NCBI GenBank assembly: GCA_963822445.1
Contig: CAWGHO010000001.1
Coordinates: 352,001-416,000 of the forward strand
DNA from: an uncultured Acidobacteriota bacterium
GTDB lineage: Bacteria; Acidobacteriota; Thermoanaerobaculia; Gp7-AA8
Direction of reading: 5' to 3'
Length of the DNA stretch: 64,000 nucleotides
Part shown: piece by piece, positions 13,333-22,552 of the stretch
Position numbering within the stretch: position 1 is the stretch's first letter
Layout of the letters: each line of letters opens with the position of its first letter
The notes under the pieces: model-generated
Told to the model about the DNA's origin: nothing
Database searches by the model: none
What the model saw: the letters and a program-made list of their open reading frames with translations, nothing else
Position numbers and translations under genes: made by a program

Positions 13333-13809
13333 TCAGCGCCGCTTCTTCGTCGACTCCTCGATCTTTTTCGCGTGACGGGCCTGACCGAGGGAGACGTTGA
13401 TCGGATTGGTGCGGTCGAGAAACGGAACGGCCGGGCGGGCGCGGATGCCGAAGGACTTCCGGACCTGCAGGAGGTACTCATGTTCGGGAACGAGCTTCAG
13501 CCCGTTGTCGACGGTCTCGATGGCTTTCTTGCGATTTCCGGCGGCCGTGTAGACGCGGGAGAGATTGGCGTAGTGATCGCCGTTGTAGAACTCGAGATCG
13601 ATGGCGCGCCGGCAGAGATCGATGGCCATCTTGAAGTCTTTCCGAACCAGGGCGAGGCAGAGACCGAAGAATGACAGGCCGGCTGCATCCCGCGGCGTGC
13701 GGATGGGCGGCGAGTTTTCGGTCCCGTAGATGTCGAGGAACTTCGTCAGGGCGTGGAGGTAGTCTTCCCCGCGGACTTCTTCGATCGCTTCATCAACCTT
13801 CGATCGCAT
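13333..13809 (-). CDS. TPR-containing protein
   Basis: AIDLCRRAIDLEFYNGDHYANLSRVYTAAGNRKKAIE TPR-like helices. Confidence 0.75.
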   Translation of the reverse strand: MRSKVDEAIEEVRGEDYLHALTKFLDIYGTENSPPIRTPRDAAGLSFFGLCLALVRKDFKMAIDLCRRAIDLEFYNGDHYANLSRVYTAAGNRKKAIETVDNGLKLVPEHEYLLQVRKSFGIRARPAVPFLDRTNPINVSLGQARHAKKIEESTKKRR

Positions 13810-14525
13810 CAGATCAGCTCTCGCGAGCGCAGACGGTGCACGTAGCGCGAGATTCTCTCCCTTTCTTCTTCATTCGGGTCGATGAATCGCATCCCGTACT
13901 TCGACATCGAGCCCGCGAACTCCGCCCGCAGCACCTCGGCCACGATCTGCAGGGGCTTGGGATCGCCGGGCAGGTAGAAGTGAAGCCGCATCGGCCCGTC
14001 CTGCGGAAGCATGCGATCGACTTCGAGGAGGATGCCGGTCGAGGAAATGTTGATGCTGCGGCCGAGGACGAAGCGGCCGTTCTTTTCGAGCGACACTTCG
14101 ATTTTCGTGATCGTGCGGAGCTGCCGGCGCACGGGGATGTTCGTCAGCCGCTCCACCTTCTGATCCAGTTCCGGTTTGAGCAGGGGGCGGAAGATCACGT
14201 CGTTGCATCCCGCGGAAAGACAGAGGTCGCCGTGCTCGCGGTTTTCGCGATCGCAGACGAGCAGCAGGGAGATGCCTTTCGTCTCGTCGTGAGCGCGGAT
14301 CTCGCGGCAGAATTCCGGCGCGGTCATGTCGAACAGGTCGTAGCCGAACATGATCAGGTTCGGATGTTCTTCGCGCGCACGGACCAGCCCTTCCGAACCG
14401 GCCAGCGCGGTCTTGATCTGCATCTCTTTCCGCTTGAGGATCGACTCCTGGAAGATGAGGGCGCCGCGGGAGTGATCGACGAGCAGAATGACGCCCTTCT
14501 CCGGCTGCATCGACTCGTTGCTCAT
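13809..14525 (-). CDS. Receiver-like domain + PilZ domain protein
   Basis: REC-like N-terminus; PilZ motifs RRQLR and NISSTG, YGMRF. Confidence 0.85.
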   Translation of the reverse strand: MSNESMQPEKGVILLVDHSRGALIFQESILKRKEMQIKTALAGSEGLVRAREEHPNLIMFGYDLFDMTAPEFCREIRAHDETKGISLLLVCDRENREHGDLCLSAGCNDVIFRPLLKPELDQKVERLTNIPVRRQLRTITKIEVSLEKNGRFVLGRSINISSTGILLEVDRMLPQDGPMRLHFYLPGDPKPLQIVAEVLRAEFAGSMSKYGMRFIDPNEEERERISRYVHRLRSRELI

Positions 14526-15652
14526 GCGGCGGAGATCTCCCGCAGTCTGCGCACGGCGCGCGTAAGGTCTTCGATCAGCATGGAGATGTGCGCGGGAGTA
14601 TTCGATTTGCCGAGGCCGAAGCGGATGGAGCCGAAGGCCGCGGCGTCGGTTGCGCCGATGGCTTTGAGGACGCGCGAAGGTCCGCGGTCACCCGCGCTGC
14701 AGGCCGAGCCGGAGGAAAGAGAGAAATGCTTCATTGCCAGGATCAGGGAGTCGGCCTCGATGCGCTCGAAACTGATGTTGAGATTGCCCGGCAATCTTAA
14801 CTCCCGCGGTCCGTTCACTGAAACGTTTGGGATCTCGGCGAGGATCCCGTCGCGCAGCATTTCGCGGAGCTCGGTCAGCCGCACAGCCTCCTCAGTCATT
14901 TCCGTCGTACGCAATTGAATGGCCGCGGCCATCCCCACGACGCCGGGAACATTGACCGTTCCGGGACGCGCGTTGCGCTCCTGTCCCCCGCCGACGACCA
15001 CCGGCTCGATGCGAATGCCGCGGCGGACCATCAGCCCGCCGATGCCTTTCGGCCCGTACAGCTTGTGCGCGGAGAACGAGGCCAGATCGACGTTCGCCAG
15101 ATCGAGCGCGATCTTCCCCGCGGCCTGGGTCATGTCTGTGTGAAAGAGGATTCCCCGCTCCCGGCAGATCGCGGCCAGCTCGGCGATGGGCTGGATGGTG
15201 CCGATCTCGCCGTTCGCGGCTTCGATCGAGACCAGGCGCGTTTCCGGCCGGATCGCGTCGCGCAAGGCGTCAGCGGTAATGAAGCCTTCGCGATCGGGCT
15301 GGATGACGGTGACGCCCGGTTTGCGTTCGGCAGGGACGAGGATGGACTTGTGCTCGGTCGCGCCGGTGATGAGGTGCTGATCAGGCTTGAGGATGTTCAG
15401 GGCGATGTTGTTCGACTCGGTCGCCCCCGCGGTGAAGTAAATCTCCGGCGGGAGGACACCGAAGAACCGGGCGATGGCGATGCGCGCGTCTTCGACCGCG
15501 CTGGAGGCCTTGCGTCCGTGCTGATGGGTGATCGAAGCGGGATTGCCGAAGTGCTCGGAAAAATACGGGAGCATGGCCTCGACCACACGCGGATCGCACG
15601 GGGTGGTGGCGTGGTGGTCGAGGTAGACGACGTCGAGGGGCACGGTGCCCAT
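14522..15652 (-). CDS. Cysteine desulfurase (IscS/NifS family)
   Basis: YLDHHATTP, FGNPAS, SAHKLYGPKG, RPGTVN, SSGSACS. Confidence 0.93.
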   Translation of the reverse strand: MGTVPLDVVYLDHHATTPCDPRVVEAMLPYFSEHFGNPASITHQHGRKASSAVEDARIAIARFFGVLPPEIYFTAGATESNNIALNILKPDQHLITGATEHKSILVPAERKPGVTVIQPDREGFITADALRDAIRPETRLVSIEAANGEIGTIQPIAELAAICRERGILFHTDMTQAAGKIALDLANVDLASFSAHKLYGPKGIGGLMVRRGIRIEPVVVGGGQERNARPGTVNVPGVVGMAAAIQLRTTEMTEEAVRLTELREMLRDGILAEIPNVSVNGPRELRLPGNLNISFERIEADSLILAMKHFSLSSGSACSAGDRGPSRVLKAIGATDAAAFGSIRFGLGKSNTPAHISMLIEDLTRAVRRLREISAA

Positions 15653-15660
15653 GATACGCA

Positions 15661-15753
15661 GGAGCGCCGGCGTCCTCGCCGGCTGGACCGCCGGCGTCCC
15701 GCCGGCTGCAGCCGAGGACGGCTGCGGTACAGCCGCCGGGCCGGCGGCGCTCC
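15661..15753. repeat. GC-rich REP-like composite palindrome (GGCGTCCCGCC family)
   Basis: ggagcgccggcgtcctcgccggc, gccggcgtcccgccggc and ggcggcgctcc fill the pcnB/desulfurase gap. Confidence 0.7.
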
Positions 15754-15759
15754 ACCGTG

Positions 15760-17073
15760 CTACCGCCGCCGCCGTCTGCGCCGTTTCGTCTGCTGCTGCT
15801 CCCCTTCTTCCTGCGCACGTTTCGCGCGTGTCGCAAAGGCCTGCCACTGACGGAAGACGTCGATGTAACGGCCGGAGGAAAGCGCGTAGAGCTCGAGAAG
15901 AGCGAGGGCGTCGTTGAACGGGTCGCGAAACACGGCCCGGAACTGCGCGCGGCGATCGCTGGGCGGCTCGAGCAGCCGCCAGAGCGTTTCCAGGGCCTGT
16001 TCGATCTGATGACGTGTGCCGGCGGCGAAGGCCATGCGTGCGCACAGCGGCTGGATGAGATCGCGGATGAACACGATCACTTCGCCGATGCGCATGCGCG
16101 TGTCGCGGCGCACTTCTTCCTGCTCGATCTCGTACACGACCCACGGCAGCATCAGCACGGACAGCAGCACCGCGTCGGAGATCTGCCGCCCGGCCTGCAC
16201 GGTGCGGTCGAGCACTTCCAGCATTTTCCAGAAGTACGGCGCGCGATCGCCTTTGACCGCGTTGTAGATCTCGGGCAGCAGCGGCTCGAGCAGGCCCGTG
16301 TCGACCATCAGCCGGATCGCGCCGCGCGACCATCCCCGCCGCAACAACTCCAGAATCTCTTCCGACACGCGCGGAGGGGAAGCCTTCAGGATCTCCCCAC
16401 GATGGCGGAGGATGCCGTTGTACGTGGCCGCCTCGATCTCGAATCCGAGTCGTGAGGCGAACTCGATGGCGCGCATCATCCGCACCGGGTCTTCGCGGAA
16501 GCGGAGATCGGGATCGCCGATTACCCGAACGCGCGAGTCGTGCAGGTCCTCGACGCCGTTCACGTAATCGATCACCGAAAAATCGGCGATGTTGTAGAAC
16601 AGCGCGTTGATGGTGAAGTCGCGGCGCCGCGCGTCCTGCAGCGGCGACCCGAACGTGTTGTCGTCCGTGATCAGAAAATCCTCAGCCTCGGTCTCCGCCA
16701 GCGTCCGCTCCGGCTCGCGGCGGAACGTCGCCACCTCGACCACCTGATCCTGAAAAATGATGTGCACCAGGCGGAAGCGGCGGCCGATGATCCGGCTGTT
16801 GCGGAACAGACGCCGCACTTCCGCGGGATGAGCGTCGGTGACGACGTCGAAATCCTTCGGCGTGCGTCCCATGAGCAGATCGCGAACGCTGCCACCGCAC
16901 AGATACGCGCGGAAGCCGCTGCGGTGCAGGCGGTAGAGAACCTTGAGCACGTTCTCGGGGATGCTGCGCCGCGAGATCGGATGCCCGCCGCGATCGATCA
17001 CCGTGCCGTCGGGCTGGTGCTCGGACTCGACGTGGACGTGATCGTCCGCTTCCTGATTAATACTCGGATCCAT
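15760..17073 (-). CDS. pcnB: Poly(A) polymerase I
   Basis: GGSVRDLL, PKDFDVVT, IIGRRFRLVHI signature, RRDFTIN, EDPVRMMRA, poly-Arg tail. Confidence 0.92.
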   Translation of the reverse strand: MDPSINQEADDHVHVESEHQPDGTVIDRGGHPISRRSIPENVLKVLYRLHRSGFRAYLCGGSVRDLLMGRTPKDFDVVTDAHPAEVRRLFRNSRIIGRRFRLVHIIFQDQVVEVATFRREPERTLAETEAEDFLITDDNTFGSPLQDARRRDFTINALFYNIADFSVIDYVNGVEDLHDSRVRVIGDPDLRFREDPVRMMRAIEFASRLGFEIEAATYNGILRHRGEILKASPPRVSEEILELLRRGWSRGAIRLMVDTGLLEPLLPEIYNAVKGDRAPYFWKMLEVLDRTVQAGRQISDAVLLSVLMLPWVVYEIEQEEVRRDTRMRIGEVIVFIRDLIQPLCARMAFAAGTRHQIEQALETLWRLLEPPSDRRAQFRAVFRDPFNDALALLELYALSSGRYIDVFRQWQAFATRAKRAQEEGEQQQTKRRRRRRR

Positions 17074-17824
17074 AAGAGGTCACGCCGGGCGTGTAGTGGT
17101 ACTTGCTGTCGATGATGAAAAAGGAACGGTCCCAGCGGGTACGGCTGAAGAAGTGGCGGATGACGCTGGCCAGCTCTTTCACCCGCTCGCGCGGCTGACC
17201 GTCCACGGAGACCGGCCTCATGACCGGCTCGAACGACCAATAGACCATGAACGCGCGTCCCTTGATGAGGGAACGAGGCACGGCGCCCCAGTAGCGGGAG
17301 TCGTACGAGTGATCGCGGTTGTCGCCCATGGCGAAGAAATGGTCGTCGGGAACGCGGTACGGCCCGAAGTGGTCGCGCGAGCGCCAGGGCTCGGGCAAGG
17401 CCACACGCTGGTCGGGAAAGGTCTGCTTGTCGGTGTGCACGACGTACGGCTCGGGCAGGGCCTTGCCCTCGACGTAGATCTTCTTGTTGCGGATGGAGAT
17501 CGTCTCGCCGGGAAGGCCGATGACGCGCTTGACGTAGTCGGTCTCCGGATTTTCCGGATAACGGAAGACGATGATGTCGCCGCGGCGGATGGTCCGCATC
17601 GGAAAGAGCTTTTCCAGCGTGTCCGAGGCGTTGGCGCCGTAGATGAATTTGTTCACGATGATGTGGTCGCCGACCTTCAGGTTGTCTTCCATCGACCCGG
17701 TTGGGATCTTGAAGGCCTGAAACGCGAAGATGCGCGCGAAATTGACGAAGATGATGGCGATCAGCAGCGCTTCGTAGTACTCGCGGACCGTCGACTTCTT
17801 CTCGCGCTCATCATCTGCTGCCAT
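17057..17824 (-). CDS. lepB: Signal peptidase I
   Basis: IPTGSME, YVKRVIGLPG, GDNRDHSYDSRYWG. Confidence 0.96.
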   Translation of the reverse strand: MAADDEREKKSTVREYYEALLIAIIFVNFARIFAFQAFKIPTGSMEDNLKVGDHIIVNKFIYGANASDTLEKLFPMRTIRRGDIIVFRYPENPETDYVKRVIGLPGETISIRNKKIYVEGKALPEPYVVHTDKQTFPDQRVALPEPWRSRDHFGPYRVPDDHFFAMGDNRDHSYDSRYWGAVPRSLIKGRAFMVYWSFEPVMRPVSVDGQPRERVKELASVIRHFFSRTRWDRSFFIIDSKYHYTPGVTSYGSEY

Positions 17825-18950
17825 TCGGTGGGCTGGTCCTCTTCAGTTGCTCGGCAATGAAACGCGCGGCAAACGATTCTACGACAGCGGGCGGAACCGC
17901 GACGACGTTGCGGGTCTGGCGGTAGTGGCCGGCTTTGATGTCCGGGTCGGGATAGATACGTACGGCGGGCGTCCCGCCCGCTTCGCGACGGGCATGATGC
18001 CCGTCGCCCGGCGGGCGGGACGCCCGCCGTACGTCGACCACGAACGCCCTAGTCGCATCCATCCAACTCGTCTCCCCCACCCTCTTCCACAGCGCCTCGT
18101 CCGGCTCCTTGCTGGTGATCACCATCGCCACCCGCGCATTTCTCATCAGCTCCGCGCGGGCGTCGCTCCAGGTCAGACGGTCGGGCGTCACCCAGATCAC
18201 CAGCGGCAGGCGCTCGTTGTAGGCGATGTCGGGGCGCTGAATGACGATCGCGTCGCCGATGAACGGCTCGATGCTCATGTCCAGCTTCACAGGGGGCTTC
18301 AGCGCCGGCGTGCGCTGCTCGCCGCTGTACTTGAGGACGTCGATCGCGTCCGCGGTCACGGGACTCGAATAAACGACTGCGTAGCGCTCGGCCTGAGGGT
18401 CCCAGCCGAGGGCGTGGACCGTCGAGAAGGGGAAGTCGACGCTGAAGCTGTACGAGCTGGGGATGTGCAGCGTCCGGACGATGTCGCCGAACTTCGAGCG
18501 GATCACGTAGCTGATCTTGCTGCCCCGCGGCGCCCACTGCACGGCGACCTCATCGGCGGGATCGTTCGGCACCCAGCTGATGTCGCTCCCCTCGGTCGCC
18601 ACGAGCCCGATGTCGAAGTCGTCATCGCGCTTGACCGAAAAGACGACCTCGCCTCGCGCGTCGGAGAGATCGAACGAATCAAGAGCCATGAACGGCTCGG
18701 TCAGCCGCTTTTCGGCGTTCGCGATCATCGGACCGATGGCGTTCGTGACCACCTTGATCGGTCCTTTCGGCACCGTGAGCGCCGCCGGTTGCGAGCTGGG
18801 GGCGACCTTGCCGTCGGCGCCCAGAACGACCGAGCGGATGCGCGTCGTGGCAGGCACGCTCATCCAGTCCGGGGGGATGGTCTGGAGGGTGGTTGCGCAG
18901 CCGGCCAGAACGGTTAGAAACGGTAAGAATCGCAGGGGCCGCCAGAGCAT
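17811..18950 (-). CDS. Hypothetical lipoprotein with TolB/DPP-IV-like propeller segments
   Basis: Lipobox VLAGC; WAPRGSKISY and WDPQAERYAV propeller-like blades. Confidence 0.65.
   Translation of the reverse strand: MLWRPLRFLPFLTVLAGCATTLQTIPPDWMSVPATTRIRSVVLGADGKVAPSSQPAALTVPKGPIKVVTNAIGPMIANAEKRLTEPFMALDSFDLSDARGEVVFSVKRDDDFDIGLVATEGSDISWVPNDPADEVAVQWAPRGSKISYVIRSKFGDIVRTLHIPSSYSFSVDFPFSTVHALGWDPQAERYAVVYSSPVTADAIDVLKYSGEQRTPALKPPVKLDMSIEPFIGDAIVIQRPDIAYNERLPLVIWVTPDRLTWSDARAELMRNARVAMVITSKEPDEALWKRVGETSWMDATRAFVVDVRRASRPPGDGHHARREAGGTPAVRIYPDPDIKAGHYRQTRNVVAVPPAVVESFAARFIAEQLKRTSPPNGSR
17958..18034. repeat. REP-like palindrome embedded in the coding sequence
   Basis: acgtacggcgggcgtcccgcccgc paired with gcgggcgggacgcccgccgtacgt, with an inner gcgacgggcat/atgcccgtcgc stem. 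Confidence 0.85.
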
Positions 18951-18962
18951 CGAAATGCATTC

Positions 18963-19008
18963 TAAATCATTGATAAGAAAAGCTGAAATAGTTGGTTGCA
19001 CACTTGCA
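18963..19008 (+). promoter_or_regulatory. Putative sigma-54 promoter with upstream IHF-like site, for tonB
   Basis: TTGG-N10-GC(A) at 18992-19008 has exact -24/-12 spacing; minus-strand TATCAATGATTTA at 18963-18975 fits WATCAANNNNTTR; AT-rich island. Confidence 0.55.
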
Positions 19009-19023
19009 AATAACTTCCGTACT

Positions 19024-19977
19024 ATGGACCTGCAAAGGCACCTCATCGAATCCCAGAAGACACCCAAAAAGCGCGGTGGCTGGAAGGCCTCCGCGACGTC
19101 GATTGCCCTTCACGGACTGCTGGTCGGCTCGATCGTTTTCGCCGGCGCGCAGGCCAAGCACAGCGTGGCCGCCGAAAAGGCCATGCCGGCCTTCCTCACC
19201 CAGGGCGCGGCCCCGCCGCCCCCTCCGCCGCCACCGCCCCCGAAAAAGGCGAGCGGCGGCCAGCAGCAGGCCACGCCGAAGGTGCAACAGCCGAAGCCGG
19301 TGGTCGTCCAGCGCAATCCGCTGACGCCGCCGGTGGAGATTCCGAAGGAGCTCCCGAAGCTCGATCCCCTTCCGACGACGAAGAACCTCCCGATCGCCGA
19401 GGAACCGGTTGCGGAGTCCGCTCCGGATGATGGCGGAACCGCGGGCGGGGATGCCGTGAACGGCGTGGTCGGCGGCGTTGAAGGCGGCGTGGCCGGCGGT
19501 GTCGTCGGCGGCGAAGTCGGAGGCGTCATCGGCGGTGAGATCGGCGGCGTCAAAGGCGGCGTAGTCGGCGGCCAGGTCGGCGGCACCGGAACGGGTACCG
19601 AAGGCTCGGGCACTGGCGGCGTCGAAGCGCCTGTCGAGCCTCCTCCGCCACCCCCGCCGCCCCCGCCACCACCCCCGGTTCCGACCGGTCCGATGCGCGT
19701 CGGCGGCGCCGTGAAGGCCCCGACCGTGACCAACCGCGCCCAGCCTGATTACACCGAGGCCGCGCGCAAGGCCCGCATCGCCGGGACAGTCATCGTCGAA
19801 GCGATCATCGATCGCAACGGCAACGTCGACCAGGTGCGAGTAGTCAAAGGCCTGCCGATGGGACTCAGCGAACAGGCAGTGAACGCCGTGAAGAAGTGGA
19901 AGTTCCGACCCGGGACGATGAACGGAAACAACGTCGACACGATCTTCAATCTGACCGTGTCGTTCCAGCTGGAGTAG
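19024..19977 (+). CDS. tonB: Energy transducer TonB family protein
   Basis: TM helix SIALHG, poly-Pro tracts, GGVxGG repeats, C-terminal PDYTEAARKARIAGTVIV...WKFRPG. Confidence 0.9.
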   Translation: MDLQRHLIESQKTPKKRGGWKASATSIALHGLLVGSIVFAGAQAKHSVAAEKAMPAFLTQGAAPPPPPPPPPPKKASGGQQQATPKVQQPKPVVVQRNPLTPPVEIPKELPKLDPLPTTKNLPIAEEPVAESAPDDGGTAGGDAVNGVVGGVEGGVAGGVVGGEVGGVIGGEIGGVKGGVVGGQVGGTGTGTEGSGTGGVEAPVEPPPPPPPPPPPPPVPTGPMRVGGAVKAPTVTNRAQPDYTEAARKARIAGTVIVEAIIDRNGNVDQVRVVKGLPMGLSEQAVNAVKKWKFRPGTMNGNNVDTIFNLTVSFQLE

Positions 19978-19995
19978 TACGGCGCTTCGCGCCTC

Positions 19996-20090
19996 GCAGT
20001 AGGCAGTGGGCGGTAGGCGGTAGGCGGTGGAACCAAACCACCGCCTACCGCGAGGTCGCGCAGCGGCCGTACCGCCTACTGCCTACTGCT
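19996..20090. repeat. Inverted tandem-heptamer element (GCGGTAG / CTACCGC)
   Basis: gcagtag gcagtgg gcggtag gcggtag gcggtgg, then ccaccgc ctaccgc and taccgc ctactgc ctactgc; between convergent genes. Confidence 0.9.
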
Positions 20091-20091
20091 T

Positions 20092-21687
20092 CTAAAAGGC
20101 CTTCGCCTCCGCCGCCGTCTTCCCCTGCTTCCCCACCTTCCTCGAGATCGCCTTGGCCTGCTGGAAGAGGCCGAGGTAGTCGCGGCCGCCGGCTTTGGAG
20201 TCGGTGCCGGACATGTTGAAGCCGCCGAAGGGGTGCACACCAACCAGGGCACCGGTGCACTTGCGATTCAGGTAGAGATTGCCGACGAAGAACTCCTCAC
20301 GCGCGCGATCGAGCTTCTCCTCGTTCTCCGTGAACACCGCCCCGGTCAGGCCGAACTGCGTGTCATTCGCGATGCGCAGCGCGTCATCGAAATCCTTCGC
20401 TTTGATCACCGCCAGCACCGGTCCGAAGATCTCTTCCTGCGCGATCGTCGCCTGCGGATCGACGTCCGCGATCACGGTCGGCTCGACGTAGAAGCCGTCA
20501 TTGGGATCGACGTTGCCGCCGGCCACGAGCCGCCCTTCCTTCGCGCCCTTGTCGATGTACTCCTTGATCTTCTTCATCGCCTTTTCGTTGACGACCGGGC
20601 CGACCTGCGCGTCGGCGAATGTCGGATCGCCGATCTTCAGCTTCTTCGTCTTCTCGACGATCAGTGGCAGGATCTCGTCGTAGATCGCCTCGTCGATGAT
20701 CGCCCGCGAACAGGCCGAGCACTTCTGTCCCTGAAAGCCGAACGCCGACGCAACCACCGCTGCCGCGGCTTCATCGAGATTCGACCATTCTTTGTCGACG
20801 ATGATCGCGTCCTTGCCGCCCATCTCCGCGACGACACGTTTGATCCAGAGCTGCCCCTTCTGATGCTTGGCCGCCTCCTCGTTGATGTGCAGCCCGACTT
20901 CCTTCGAGCCGGTGAAGGAGATGAAGCGGATGCGCGGGCTCTGCACGAGCGGATCGCCGACTTCCCCACCCGAGCCGCTGACGAAGTTGACGACGCCCGG
21001 CGGCATGCCTGCTTCTTCCAGCAACGCCACCAGGCGATACGCGATCCACGGCGAGTCCGATGAAGGCTTGAGCACGACGCAGTTGCCGCTCACCACCGCG
21101 GCGGTGGTCATGCCCGCCATGATCGCCAGCGGGAAGTTCCACGGCGGAATGACCGCGCCGACGCCCAACGGGATGTAAACGAGATCGTTGTCTTCGCCGG
21201 CGATCTTCACGATCGGCTGTTCGCCGGCGTAGCGATAGGCCTCACGCGCGTAAAACTCGAGGAAGTCGATCGCCTCGGCTGTATCCGCATCAGCTTCGGA
21301 CCAGGTCTTACCGACTTCGTAAATCATCACCGCGGAGAACTCGTGCTTCCGCTCGCGCATCAGCGCCGCGGCTTTGAGCAGCAGTCCCGCGCGAACGTCG
21401 ACCGGCTGGCGCTTCCAGCTCTCGAACGCTTTCCACGCTTCTTCAATGGCCCGCTCGACGTGCGCGCGCGAACCTTTTTGAAACTTGCCCAGGAGCTGCT
21501 CCTTGTGGGCGGGATTGATCGATTCGAACGTCTTGAGGCCGGTGATACGCTCCCCGCCGATGATCAGCGGGTACTCGCGGCCCAGCTCGCGTTTCACTCT
21601 CTCGAGCGCCCCTTCCATCGCCGCTTTGTGCTCGGGATTGGAAAAGTCGGTCAGGGGCTCGTTTTTGAACTCGGGAAGACTTGGCAT
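20092..21687 (-). CDS. pruA: L-glutamate gamma-semialdehyde (P5C) dehydrogenase
   Basis: FKNEPLTDF, EAIDFLEFY, EMGGKD, GFQGQKCSACSR, HPFGGFNMSGTDSKAGG. Confidence 0.93.
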   Translation of the reverse strand: MPSLPEFKNEPLTDFSNPEHKAAMEGALERVKRELGREYPLIIGGERITGLKTFESINPAHKEQLLGKFQKGSRAHVERAIEEAWKAFESWKRQPVDVRAGLLLKAAALMRERKHEFSAVMIYEVGKTWSEADADTAEAIDFLEFYAREAYRYAGEQPIVKIAGEDNDLVYIPLGVGAVIPPWNFPLAIMAGMTTAAVVSGNCVVLKPSSDSPWIAYRLVALLEEAGMPPGVVNFVSGSGGEVGDPLVQSPRIRFISFTGSKEVGLHINEEAAKHQKGQLWIKRVVAEMGGKDAIIVDKEWSNLDEAAAAVVASAFGFQGQKCSACSRAIIDEAIYDEILPLIVEKTKKLKIGDPTFADAQVGPVVNEKAMKKIKEYIDKGAKEGRLVAGGNVDPNDGFYVEPTVIADVDPQATIAQEEIFGPVLAVIKAKDFDDALRIANDTQFGLTGAVFTENEEKLDRAREEFFVGNLYLNRKCTGALVGVHPFGGFNMSGTDSKAGGRDYLGLFQQAKAISRKVGKQGKTAAEAKAF

Positions 21688-21706
21688 GTAGGTTCCTTTC
21701 AAAAGC

Positions 21707-22516
21707 GTGCGCATGTTATCCAAATCATCGAGAGCCGCAACCGCACTCTGCCTCGTGCTGTTGTGCGCATCCTGTTCGCGCCTGCTGCCGTGGCGCACCG
21801 CGCCTCCGGACGAAGAAGTCAACATTTCCTTCACCCTGGAGAACAATCTGGTAATCCTGCCGTCGACCCTGCGCATCGACGGCCACGCCGGCCGCTTCAT
21901 CCTCGGCAGCGCCAGCCGCCGGACCGCAATCGATGACGGATTTGCCGGTGCGGGCCGCGTGCTGACCATCCAGGCGAGGGACGCCCTGCGCCTCTCGTCC
22001 GTTCGCGTCGACCTGCAGGGAGTTGCGGATGCGATCGTCGGCGCGGACGTCTGGGGCCGCAATGCGATCTCGATCGATTACCGCAGCGGCCTGGTGACGT
22101 ATCAGAAGAGCGGCATCGAGCGGAGTCAGATGAAGACCTTCCGCTACCGCGACGAGCCGTCGGTCTGGGTGGAGGTGAACGGACGCCGCGTCGCCGCGGT
22201 CGTCGATACCTCCAGCCCCGACACGCTGGTCCTTCCCGGATCGACCACGACGCGCGGGATGGTGAACGTGAGCGTCGCCGGAACGGACTTTGGCGCGGTC
22301 GACGTGCAGTTCACCAACGTTTCGAGGCCGCGCATCGGCAACCGGCTGCTGTCTCGCTTCCTGGTGACGATCGATTACGGGCGGCGGGTGGTGGGGTTGT
22401 GGCGGGATCCGCGGATCCCGCTCGTACCTGATGTCATCCCGAGCGAAGTCGAGGGACCTGGCGGTGCGGGCGGCGCGGCCGCTGCGCCACCCGATCCGCC
22501 CAGGTCCCTCGACTGA
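21707..22516 (+). CDS. Hypothetical lipoprotein with retropepsin-like domains
   Basis: Lipobox-like LCASC; VEVNGRRVAAVVDTS and IGNRLLSRFLVTIDY; C-terminus extended by a REP element. Confidence 0.6.
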   Translation: MRMLSKSSRAATALCLVLLCASCSRLLPWRTAPPDEEVNISFTLENNLVILPSTLRIDGHAGRFILGSASRRTAIDDGFAGAGRVLTIQARDALRLSSVRVDLQGVADAIVGADVWGRNAISIDYRSGLVTYQKSGIERSQMKTFRYRDEPSVWVEVNGRRVAAVVDTSSPDTLVLPGSTTTRGMVNVSVAGTDFGAVDVQFTNVSRPRIGNRLLSRFLVTIDYGRRVVGLWRDPRIPLVPDVIPSEVEGPGGAGGAAAAPPDPPRSLD

Positions 22517-22530
22517 CGCTCGGGATGACA
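22432..22530. repeat. REP-like inverted-repeat element (TGTCATCCCGAGC family)
   Basis: tgtcatcccgagcgaagtcgagggacctgg paired with ccaggtccctcgactgacgctcgggatgaca. Confidence 0.88.
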
Positions 22531-22552
22531 CGGGGCGTGGCATCATCGCGTC

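Noticed and set aside
11823-16333. Apparent long or fused ORFs 11823..13331, 12192..13481 and 14522..16333
   Set aside because: Spurious N-terminal extensions; the recognisable domains start at 12681, 12677 and 15652.
19200-19680. G/C-rich low-complexity repeats
   Set aside because: Explained by the poly-Pro and GGVxGG coding tracts of TonB.
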